Of a DNA stretch of 64,000 nt, positions 9,328 to 18,543 are shown one piece after another. The notes below the pieces were generated by a model. The model did no database searches and was not told the DNA's origin. It saw only the letters and a program-made list of their open reading frames with translations. Positions within the stretch are counted from its first letter, which is position 1, and each line of letters begins with the position of its first letter. This DNA comes from an uncultured Chloroflexia bacterium (GTDB lineage: Bacteria > Chloroflexota > Dormibacteria > Aeolococcales > Aeolococcaceae): the NCBI GenBank assembly GCA_963803165.1, contig CAWDLK010000001.1, forward strand, positions 184,723 through 248,722, given 5' to 3'. Position numbers and translations under genes: made by a program.

Positions 9328-9623
9328 CGGAAGGTGATCCGGCCCCGGCTGAGGTCGTAGGGGGAGAGCTCGACCCTCACCTGGTCGCCGATCAGGATGC
9401 GGATGTAGAACTTCCGCATCTTCCCCGAGGTGTAGGCGAGGACGTCCTGTCCGGTCTTGAGCCGGACCTTGAACATGGCGTTGGGCAGAGGCTCGACGAC
9501 GGTGGCGTCCATCTCGATCGTCTCCTCCTTGACCTCGGCGGAAGCCGTGCCGTCGGTCGGCTCACGCCGCCGCGCCGGGCTGCGCCGGCGGGTGACGCCA
9601 GGTCGAGGTGGACGTCGCGCCAA
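9318..9623 (-). CDS. infA: Translation initiation factor IF-1 with Arg-rich N-terminal extension
   Basis: [24 protein letters not shown]...[31 protein letters not shown]; GAGGAG 5 nt before TTG at 9623. Confidence 0.92.
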   Translation of the reverse strand: MARRPPRPGVTRRRSPARRREPTDGTASAEVKEETIEMDATVVEPLPNAMFKVRLKTGQDVLAYTSGKMRKFYIRILIGDQVRVELSPYDLSRGRITFRYK

Positions 9624-9646
9624 AGTGTCTCCTCGTATAGTGGTGG

Positions 9647-9773
9647 GAGCGGATCGAGAGCCACGCTCGGGCTGTCGAGAGTAGCACGGCAAACCCCGCG
9701 CGGCAGGCCAGCGGGGGCCCGGTCACTCTCACCGGGGCTCGCCGCCCGTCGGCGGCCCGGCGGATCCCGGCTC
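9647..9773 (+). promoter_or_regulatory. Candidate structured metH leader RNA (SAM-clan-like)
   Basis: Starts just after TATAGT (9636-9641); closing stem, AUC-GAGAG, GGC-AAA-CC helix, two complementary loops; see findings. Confidence 0.4.
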
Positions 9774-9818
9774 GCGACACCCGCCACGGATGCACCGGCC
9801 ACCCCGAAGGAAACCCGC

Positions 9819-12800
9819 GTGAGCGACTCCCCCTACCTCGACGCGCTGAGCGGCCGTGTGCTGATCTACGACGGTGCCATGGGGACCGCCCTCCAGGCAT
9901 TCGAGCCCTCCATCGAGCAGTTCGGCGGCCCCGCCCTGGAGGGGTGGATGGACGGCCTCGTGCTCCACAGCCCCGACCTGGTCGAGCGCGTCCACCGCTC
10001 GTTCCTCGAGGTGGGCGCCGATGTCATCGAGACCTGCACCTTCCAGTCGACGCCCCTGCGCCTCGCCGAATGGGGAGCCCGAGAGCGCACCCGGGAGCTC
10101 AACGAGCGGGCGGCCCGGCTGGCCCGCGGACTGGCCGACGAGCACGCCACCGCCGACCGGCCGCGGTTCGTCGCCGGCAGCATGGGGCCCTCCGGGTCAC
10201 TGCCCTCGAGCAGCGACCCGAGCCTGGGCCGTCTCGGCTTCGCCGACCTGCTCGGAGCCTTCCGAGAGCAGGCGGAGGGGCTGCTGGCGGGCGGCGTCGA
10301 TCTCCTCCTCATCGAGACCTCCCAGGACATCCTGGAGGTCAAGGCGGCCGTCTTCGGCGCCCGGGAGGCGTTCGCGAGCGGTGGCCGCAGCGTCCCCATC
10401 CAGGCCCAGGTGACGCTGGACGTCTCCGGGAAGATGCTGCTCGGCACCGACATCGCCGCCGTGCTCGCCATCCTCGAGCCGCTCCGGGTGGACGTGGTCG
10501 GCCTCAACTGCTCCACCGGCCCCGAGCACATGCGCGACTCGATCCGCTACCTCACCGAGCACACGCGGCTGCCCGTCTCCTGCATCCCCAACGCCGGGCT
10601 GCCCCTCAACGTCGGCGGGCGCGCCCACTACCCGATGCAGCCCGGGCCGATGGCCGACCAGCTCGAGGAGTTCGTCCGCGACCTGGGGGTCAACGCCGTG
10701 GGGGGCTGCTGCGGCACCACGGCGGACCACATCGCGGCCCTGGTCGCCCGCGTGGGTGGCGCGACCCCCCGCCCGCGCCGGCCCGACGAGGCCCCGAGGC
10801 TCGCCTCGAGCATCCACGCCACGGAGCTGCACCAGGAACCGCGGCCGCTCCTGATCGGCGAGCGGGTCAATGCCCAGGGATCGCGGAGGATCAAGGAGCT
10901 GCTCCTCGCCGACGACTACGAGGGGATCGTCCGAGTGGCCCGCGGGCAGGTTGAGGGGGGTGCGCACGCCCTCGACGTCTGCGTCGCCCTCACCGAGCGG
11001 AGCGACGAGCCCGATCAGATGGCGGCTGCGGTCAAGGCGCTCCAGCAGGCCGTCGAGGCCCCTCTGGTCATCGACTCCACCGACGTCGCCGTGATCCGCC
11101 GGGCCCTGGAGGCGTATCCGGGGCGCGGCATCGTCAACTCGGTCAACCTGGAGAACGGCCGGGCCCGGTGCGACGCCGTGCTCCCCCTGGTCCGCGACCA
11201 CGGCCAGTGCGTCATCGCCCTCACCATCGACGAGGAGGGGATGGCCAGGACCCGGACGCGCAAGCTCGAGGTCGCGCGCCGCATCCGTGACATCGCCTGC
11301 GACGAATACGGGCTCGCGCCCCACCAGCTGCTCTTCGACGACCTCACCTTCACCCTGGCGACGGGGGACGCCGAATGGATCGAACTCGGCGGTGGAGACG
11401 ATCGAGGGGATCCGCCTGATCAAGAGCGAGCTGCCCGGGGTGCTCACCTCGCTCGGGGTGAGCAACGTCTCCTTCGGCCTGACCCCACCGGCTCGCGCCG
11501 TGCTCAACAGCGTCTTCCTCTATCACTGCGTGGAGGCCGGCCTGGACGCGGCGATCGTCAACCCCGCTCACACCGTCCCCTATGCGGAGGTCGGCGAGGA
11601 GCGCCGCCAGCTCGCCGAGGACCTCATCTTCAACCGTCGTGAGGATGCCCTGGCCCGCTACATCGAGCACTTCTCCGGGGTGACCGAGCGGGTGGGCACC
11701 GAGAAGGTCGACCCGTTCGCGGGACTGGCGGCGCCGGAGCGCATCCACGCCCAGATCCTCCACCGCCGCCGGGAGGGGATCGAGGCGCTGATCGACGAGG
11801 CGCTCCGGGATCGCGACCCGGTCACCGTCCTCAACGAGGTCCTGCTGCCGGCGATGAAGGACGTCGGCGACCGCTTCGGAGCGGGCGAGCTCATCCTCCC
11901 CTTCGTCCTCCAGAGCGCCGAGGTGATGAAGCGCGCGGTCGCCCATCTCGAGCAGTACCTGGACCGCGCCGAGGGTCATGCCAAGGGGCGGGTGGTGCTG
12001 GCCACCGTCTTCGGCGATGTCCACGACATCGGCAAGAACCTGGTCAAGACGATCCTGAGCAACAACGGCTACACGGTCCACGACCTGGGCAAGCAGGTCC
12101 CGCTCAACACCATCATCGACAAGGCGGTCGAGGTGAAGGCTGACGTCATCGGCCTCTCCGCACTGCTGGTCTCGACCAGCAAGCAGATGCCGCTGATGGT
12201 CGAGGAGCTGGACCGGCGCGGCCTCGGCTACCCCGTGATCATCGGCGGCGCCGCCATCAACCGGGGATTCGGCCGGCGCATCCTCTACCTCGATCCGGAG
12301 CGGGTGTACGCCCCCGGGGTCTTCTACTGCAAGGACGCCTTCGAAGGGCTGGACACCTGCGACCAGCTGATCGACCCGGAGCTGCGGGCGCCCCTGCTGG
12401 AGCGCGCGCGCGCCGAGGCGCGGGTCGCTCGCGAACGCGAGGCCTCGAGGTCCGCCGCCGTGGCGGCGGCGCCGAGCGGCTCACCGCAGCCACGGCGCAG
12501 CGACACCCGCACCGACGTCCCCATCCCCACACCGCCCTTCTGGGGACCGCAGGTGGTGAGCGGGATCGACCTGCAGGCCGTGTACCCGCACATCGACCGC
12601 AACTCGCTCTTCAAGATGAGCTGGCAGTTCCGCGGCGTGCACGACCCGGAGCGCTGGGCCGAGCTGGTCCGCACCGAGCTGGAGCCGCGGCTCGAGCGGT
12701 CGTGGCGCGAGGCCCAGCGGGAGGGTTGGCTGGACCTGCAGGCGGTGTACGGGTACTGGCCGGCCCTCGCCGAGGGCGACAGCGTGGTGATCTTCGACCC

Positions 12801-13338
12801 CACCGATCAGGAGCGGGAGATCGGCCGCTTCGGCTTCCCCCGGCAGGCGGAGCAGCACCGTCTCTGCCTCGCCGACTACGTGCGTCCCAGGGAGCTCGCC
12901 GCGGCCGGCGAGCGCGACGTCATCGCCCTCCAGGTGGTCACCACCGGGCCGCGGGCGAGCGAGCTGTCCAACCGCCTCCAGGCGGAGGGCGACTACGACG
13001 ACATGCTCCGGGTCCACGGCTTCGCCACCCAGATGGCGGAGGCCACCGCCGAGTACATCCACGCCCACGTCCGCCGGGAGCTGGGGCTGGGCGCGGACCA
13101 GGGGCGCCGCTACTCCTGGGGCTACCCGGCGTGCCCCGACCTCTCCGACCACGAGGTCTTCTTCCGCGTGGTGCCCGCGGAGCGGATCGGGGTGAGCCTC
13201 ACCGAGGGCTTCCAGCTGGTGCCCGAGCAGTCGACCGCCGCGATCGTCCTGCACCACCCGCAGGCGCGCTACTTCGCCGTCTACGCCAGCCGCTTCGACG
13301 AGGCGTCGGGTCCGGGCTCGCCCGAGGCGGCCGCGTAG
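9819..13338 (+). CDS. metH: B12-dependent methionine synthase, split by an apparent 1-nt insertion at 11383-11384
   Basis: YDGAMGT, GLNCSTG, GGCCGT, IGERVN, DVHDIGKN (cobalamin-binding), RYSWGYPACP; frame changes at TGDAEWI / SAVETIEG. Confidence 0.93.
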
Positions 13339-13401
13339 TCGACGCCTCCGGTGAAGCGCGGGGGCGAGGCGACGGGACTCCGCGGTGCCATCATCGGAGT
13401 G

Positions 13402-15009
13402 ATGGACGGGCTCCCCCCGCACCAGCCCTCCGGCGGCGGCCCCGCCGAGCCTGAGCCGGGAGCCGCGGGGTGGCCGGAGCACCTCTCCGCCGCTCGCGCC
13501 GGCGTCACCCTCCCCCAGCATCCCCTGCCCACGCAAGCCGCGGACGAGCTCGCGCCGCCCCCCACCGGCTGGCGGCGGTTCCTGGTCGAGCCGGCCCGGC
13601 CGGCGAGCATCCGCACCCATCCCGCGGCCCACTGGCTGGCCGTGGGCACGGTCTGCATCGGCGCCTTCATGGGACAGCTCGACGCCAGCATCGTCACCGT
13701 CGCCTACCCGACGCTGCACACCGCCTTCCATGCCGGCCTGGGCGTGGTGACCTGGGTGGGGCTCAGCTACCTGCTGGTCCTGATCGCCCTGGTGACCGCG
13801 GTGGGCCGCCTGGCCGACATGGTCGGCCACAAGCTCCTCTACACGTACGGCTTCGTGGTCTTCATCGTGGGCTCGGCGCTCTGCGGGCTGGCCCCCAGCC
13901 TGGGAGCCCTGGACGGCTTCCGGGTGCTCCAGGCGGTGGGCGCGGCCATGCTCCAGGCCAACAGCGTCGCCATCATCGCCCTGGCCATGCCGGCGCACCG
14001 GCTGGGCAGGGCCATCGGCATCCAGGGGACCGCCCAGGCCCTGGGCCTGGCCTTCGGCCCCACCGTCGGCGGACTGCTGATCGCGCTCGGGGGCTGGCGC
14101 CTCATCTTCCTCGTCAACGTCCCGGTGGGCGTCGTCGCCTGCGTCCTGGCCTGGTTCCTGATCCCGCGCAGCCGGCACCTGCAGGGACGGACCGCGTTCG
14201 ACTGGGCCGGCCTGGGCCTCTTCGTCCCCGCCGTCGCCGCCCTGCTCCTCGCCATCACGTCGCTCGCCGACGGGCGGGGCCGGGTGGCCCCGCAGGTCGT
14301 CGGGCTGCTGGGGGCCGCGGTCGTCCTGGGTGCCGGGTTCGTGCTCCGGGAGACCCGGGCGCGCGCGCCCATGCTCGACCTGGGCCTCTTTCGCCGCGCC
14401 CCCTTCTCGGCCGGCATCTCCAGCGGCCTGCTCTCCTACCTGGTGATGTTCGGGGCGCTGTACGCGGTCGCCTTCTACCTGGAGAGCGGGCCCCAGCACC
14501 TCGGCCCAGGGATCACCGGCCTCGAGCTGAGCGTGATGCCGGTGGCGTTCGGGGTGGTGGCGCCCTTCGCCGGCCGCGCCGCCGACCGGCTGGGGGCGCG
14601 CCCGCTCACGGTGGCCGGGATGCTGGCCGCGGCGGTCAGCCTGGCCGTGCTCGGTCTGGCTCAGCCAGAGGGCGCCGGCCTGCTCGCTCCCCTGGCCGCG
14701 CTGGGCGTGGGCCTCGGCCTCTTCACCCCTCCCAACAACGCCGCCATCATGGGGGCGGCGCCACGCCGGCAGGCCGGGGTGGCGAGCGGGGTCCTCAACA
14801 TGACCCGCGGCATGGGCACCTCGATGGGTCAGGCCGTCGCCGCGCTCATCCTCGGGCTGGTGGCGGCAGGCCTGGCTCACCCCTCGGCGGTGGTGAGCGG
14901 GTTCGCCGCCTGCGCGCTCTTTCTCGCGGTGGTGTCCGTCGTCGCGGCCGCGCTGGCGGCGCTGCGCGGCGAGGAGCTCCTGGAGGCTCGGCTCCCCGGG
15001 GAGGCCTGA
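13402..15009 (+). CDS. MFS drug:H+ antiporter (DHA2, EmrB/QacA-like)
   Basis: QLDASIVTVAYP, GRLADMVGHK, GWRLIFLVNVPVG; about 14 TM segments. Confidence 0.9.
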   Translation: MDGLPPHQPSGGGPAEPEPGAAGWPEHLSAARAGVTLPQHPLPTQAADELAPPPTGWRRFLVEPARPASIRTHPAAHWLAVGTVCIGAFMGQLDASIVTVAYPTLHTAFHAGLGVVTWVGLSYLLVLIALVTAVGRLADMVGHKLLYTYGFVVFIVGSALCGLAPSLGALDGFRVLQAVGAAMLQANSVAIIALAMPAHRLGRAIGIQGTAQALGLAFGPTVGGLLIALGGWRLIFLVNVPVGVVACVLAWFLIPRSRHLQGRTAFDWAGLGLFVPAVAALLLAITSLADGRGRVAPQVVGLLGAAVVLGAGFVLRETRARAPMLDLGLFRRAPFSAGISSGLLSYLVMFGALYAVAFYLESGPQHLGPGITGLELSVMPVAFGVVAPFAGRAADRLGARPLTVAGMLAAAVSLAVLGLAQPEGAGLLAPLAALGVGLGLFTPPNNAAIMGAAPRRQAGVASGVLNMTRGMGTSMGQAVAALILGLVAAGLAHPSAVVSGFAACALFLAVVSVVAAALAALRGEELLEARLPGEA

Positions 15010-15106
15010 GCCGCCGGCCCGCTCGCCGGAAGCCCGTCCCTATGGCGGCGAGCGCCGCCACCCGGGGGATGCCCCCCGATGGGGACCGGCGTCGCGGCGG
15101 CTCCTC

Positions 15107-15502
15107 TCAGGAGGCCAGCATGGCCTGGATGTGGCCGCTCAGCTCCTTGATCTTGAAGGGCTTGGCCAGCGTCCGGACGTTGCCGTACGCCTCGAGCTCG
15201 GGCACGGTCGCGGGGTTGACGAGCGCGCTCACCACCAGCACCTTGGGGTCGCGTCCGTGGTCCGCCCTGATCCGTTCCAGCACCTGGGTCCCGGTCAGCT
15301 CGCCCGGCAGCATGAGATCGAGGAGGACCAGGTCGGGATGGAAGTCGGCGACGGCGGCGAGGCCCTCGTCCCCGGTCTTGGCCACCCTGACCTCGTGGCC
15401 CTCCATGGTGCAGAGCAGGGACTCGATGTCCGCGAGAGCGTAGTAGTCCTCGATGATCAGCACTTTCCGGGTGGGTGCGGCGGGGGGTTCTGTGGAGGCC
15501 AC
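15107..15502 (-). CDS. Single-domain response regulator (receiver)
   Basis: VLIIED, PDLVLLDLMLP, VVSA, LAKPF. Confidence 0.88.
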   Translation of the reverse strand: MASTEPPAAPTRKVLIIEDYYALADIESLLCTMEGHEVRVAKTGDEGLAAVADFHPDLVLLDLMLPGELTGTQVLERIRADHGRDPKVLVVSALVNPATVPELEAYGNVRTLAKPFKIKELSGHIQAMLAS

Positions 15503-15611
15503 GGCCCACGAGCATACCGCCTGTGCCGAGCTCGCGAGCGCTCACCCGGCGTGCCGGGCCGGACGGCCGGCGGCCCCTGTCCGGCACCTCCGGAGCCGGC
15601 GTCCCGGCCCC

Positions 15612-16940
15612 TCAGGAGGTGAAGGCGAAGCTGCCGATGCAGAGGGCGGGGACGAGCAGGGCGCGCTCGCCCTCGTCCAGCTCGATCGCCCGATCCCGGC
15701 CGGCGCCGCGCACGTCGGCGAGGGCGTCCACGATGCTCTGGGTGAAGCGGAGATCACGGACCGGCCGTCCCAGCCGCCCGTGCTCGATCAGGAAGGTGCC
15801 GTCCCGGGTCATGCCGGTGATGACGGTGCGCAGCGGATGGACGTCGCGGACATACCAGAGGCGGGTGACGTAGAGACCGTGATCGCAACCGGCGATCAGC
15901 TCCTCGAGGCTGCTCTCGCCGGCGGCGACCACGAGGTGACGCGCCCAGGGACCGGAGGTGTTGGGCATCGGCAGGGCGTGACCTGTGGACGGGACGTCCT
16001 CCCGCAGCGCGGTGGCGCTGTCATGGAGGAAGCTGCGGCAGACCCCCTCCTCGATGCAGCTCACACTCCGGGTGGAGACCCCCTCGTCATCGAAGGGAAA
16101 GGGCATCGACCCGGGATGGCTGGCGTCGTCGGCGATGCTCACCAGCTCGCTCATCAGCCTCTCGCCGGGACGCATGAAGCTGCGGCGCTCCTGCCGGGCC
16201 AGGGCGCTGAAGCCCAGGTCGGCGAGATGGCCCACCATGTCGGCGACCGCGTAGGGGGAGAGCACGACCGGGTAGACGCCCGGCTCGAGGGCGGTGGCGC
16301 CCTGGTTTCGACCGCAGGTCTCCACCGCCTCCGCGGCCACCGCGTCCGCCTCGAGGCGCCCCACGTCGTGATGGTGGCGGTCGGCGTACCCCCAGCCGCT
16401 CTCGCCGCGAGCCACGCAGACCAGGCTGGCGGCGGTGCTCTCGGCGTGCCGCCGCACCCCGAGGCTGTTGACCACGGCGGTGTGCGTCACGGAGGTCTGG
16501 AGCGCCCCGAAGGTCTCCAGGCCGACCTCCACGCCGACCGCGGCCACCGTCGCCACCTGGGCCGCCCGCCATTCCGGCGTGCATTCGGCGGTGGCTCGCG
16601 CGTGGGCCACCGGGCCGTCCGACCCGGCGTCGGGACGCGGCAGCGGGGTCACCTCGCCCGGGGGGGCCAGCCGCCGGGCAGCCTCGGCGGAGGCGATCAG
16701 CCGCTCCTGCATCTCCTCCATGTCGCCGCGGATCTCGGCGACCCCGACCTGCTCGTCTCCCACCAGACGGAGCCGGACCCGGCGCGACCTCTCTGCGACG
16801 TTCTGGTGGATCTGGTTGCGGGCAAACCGGGTGACCGCCTGCTCCTGCTCGACGACCACCACCTCGGCACGGTCGCGGCCCACCCGCTCCACGATGGAGT
16901 TGGCGAGGGCCAGGAGGTCGTCGGGGGCGGTGAGGCTCAT
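15612..16940 (-). CDS. tldE: TldE/PmbA family protein
   Basis: TRFARNQIHQN, PFDDEG, STGHA, TGMTRDGTFLIEHG; ATGA overlap with tldD stop. Confidence 0.88.
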   Translation of the reverse strand: MSLTAPDDLLALANSIVERVGRDRAEVVVVEQEQAVTRFARNQIHQNVAERSRRVRLRLVGDEQVGVAEIRGDMEEMQERLIASAEAARRLAPPGEVTPLPRPDAGSDGPVAHARATAECTPEWRAAQVATVAAVGVEVGLETFGALQTSVTHTAVVNSLGVRRHAESTAASLVCVARGESGWGYADRHHHDVGRLEADAVAAEAVETCGRNQGATALEPGVYPVVLSPYAVADMVGHLADLGFSALARQERRSFMRPGERLMSELVSIADDASHPGSMPFPFDDEGVSTRSVSCIEEGVCRSFLHDSATALREDVPSTGHALPMPNTSGPWARHLVVAAGESSLEELIAGCDHGLYVTRLWYVRDVHPLRTVITGMTRDGTFLIEHGRLGRPVRDLRFTQSIVDALADVRGAGRDRAIELDEGERALLVPALCIGSFAFTS

Positions 16941-18383
16941 GACGAAGCCGCCGTCACGGCGACGCCCTGAAAGCGGCACGGAGCCGCGCCGTGGCCGACG
17001 TGGGCGATCTGTCCGGGCTGCCCCTTGCCGCAGTTGACGACACCCCACACCCGCCACTCCCGGGGCCCGGCCACTGCGTCGCAGGCGCGCCAGAACTCGG
17101 GGGTCCGCCCGGCGTAGAGCGCGTTCTTGACCAGACGGAGACGCTTGCCGTCCCGGATCTCCCAGCCGTTCTGGGTGCCGAACTGGAAGTTGAGGCGGCG
17201 GTCGTCGATGCTCCAGGAGCGGTTGGTCTCGAGGTAGACCCCGTGCTCGGTGGTGGCGATCATCTCCTCCAGGCTCGACTCGCCCGGCTCGAGGTTGACG
17301 TTGGTCATGCGCACCAGCGGGATCCGGTTCCACGACTCGGCCCGCATCGCCCCGCTGCTCGGCCAGCCGTAGTCGGCGGCCGACTCGCGCGAGGACATGT
17401 AGCCCCGGAAGATGCCGCGGTCGACGAGGACGGTCCGCTGCGCCGCCACGCCCTCGTCGTCCCACCCGAAGGTCCCCAGGCCGCCCGGCGTGGTGGCGTC
17501 GGCCGTGATCGTCACCTCCTCGCTGCCGTAGCGGAAGCGGCCGACCAGGTCCGGGGTGAGGAAGGAGGTGCCCGCGTAGGCCGCCTCGTCGCCGCGCACA
17601 CGGTCCAGCTCGGTGGGATGCCCGCACGAACTCGTGGACCTGCAGCGCCGCCTGGGTGCCGTCGAGGATCAGCGTCAGCCGCCCGGTCGGGCAGGGAGGC
17701 GCGCTGAGCAGAGCGACGGCCTCGGCGCCGATCCGCTCGGCGCTGCCGGCCAGGTCCATGGCCTCGATGGCCTCGTAGCCGGCGCAGAGCTGGTGGCGCC
17801 CGAAGCTGTTGGGGAAGCTGCGGGTCTGGACCTCGTCGGCGCTGGTGGCGGTGGCGTCGAGACCCCCTCCGGACTCCACGATGACCTGCTCGAGGTCAGA
17901 GCCCTCGCTGCTCGCGAAGAGGCGATGCTCGCGGACGAACTCCAGGGAGGACTCGCGCGTGGTCACCCCGGCCACCGAGGCCATGGCCTCGTCCGCGCGG
18001 ACCAGCAGGTCCATCTTCTCCTCGAGGCTCACCTCGAAGGGGTCTCGCTCCACCGGGGTGAGGTACCGGCCCACCGCGACCGGGGCGGGGGCCAGGCGCA
18101 CCGGGTGACGGCGCAGCCGCGCCGACGCCCGGGCGATCCGGCATGCGTCCAGGGCCGCCTGCCTCAGGGTCTCGGCATCGAGGCGATCGACGCCTGCGAA
18201 TCCCCATCCACCGTCGACGATGACCCGGATGCCCGCCCCCTCGTCCTCGAAGGAGGAGACCTCCGCGAAGCTGCCGTCCTTGACCGTGAGCGCCTGGATC
18301 CCGCGCTGGACGACCCGGCAGTCGGCGTAGGTCGCCCCGCTGGACGCGGCGACATCGAGGACCAGCTCGGCGATGTCGTTCAT
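16937..18383 (-). CDS. tldD: TldD family metalloprotease, split by an apparent 1-nt insertion at 17629-17630
   Basis: YADCR, GIRVIVDGGWGFA; HE[t]SCGHPTELDR (HExxxH) restored by removing one base; WDDEG, RMTNVNL, NCGKGQP. Confidence 0.9.
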
Positions 18384-18543
18384 CGCGGGCCACGCGGGGC
18401 GGCGGCGGATCTCATCACGCACGGAGGACTCTAGGGGCTGCCGGGGGAGGTGCTGCGGGAGTCCTCCGGATTGGCGCGTTTAGCCGCCGGAGGGGCGGCC
18501 GTATACTCGGGGCACACTGCCGATTCGAATCGATGAGGTGGGA

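Noticed and set aside
9686-9740. c-di-GMP-I, cobalamin or SAH riboswitch upstream of metH
   Set aside because: GGCAAACC is present, but the GNRA loop and CGCAAAG are missing; no B12-box GGGAA and no SAH GAGGAGCG..GCCAGGCUC core.
8586-9818. Long N-terminal extension of the metH ORF
   Set aside because: Overlaps the epimerase and infA; MetH homology starts at GTG 9819 after an AAGGA RBS.
11370-11400. Programmed ribosomal frameshift in metH or tldD
   Set aside because: No slippery heptamer, and the shared context is on opposite mRNA strands, which points to a DNA-level artefact.
15008-15103. Large branched hairpin between the convergent MFS and response regulator genes
   Set aside because: Very GC-rich, no U-tract and no family motif; most simply a terminator-like or chance structure.
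15612-18422. Apparent 936-aa TldD-TldE fusion
   Set aside because: Created by the 1-nt insertion at 17629-17630; the middle is out-of-frame sequence, and the true TldD C-terminus lies in another frame ending at 16937.
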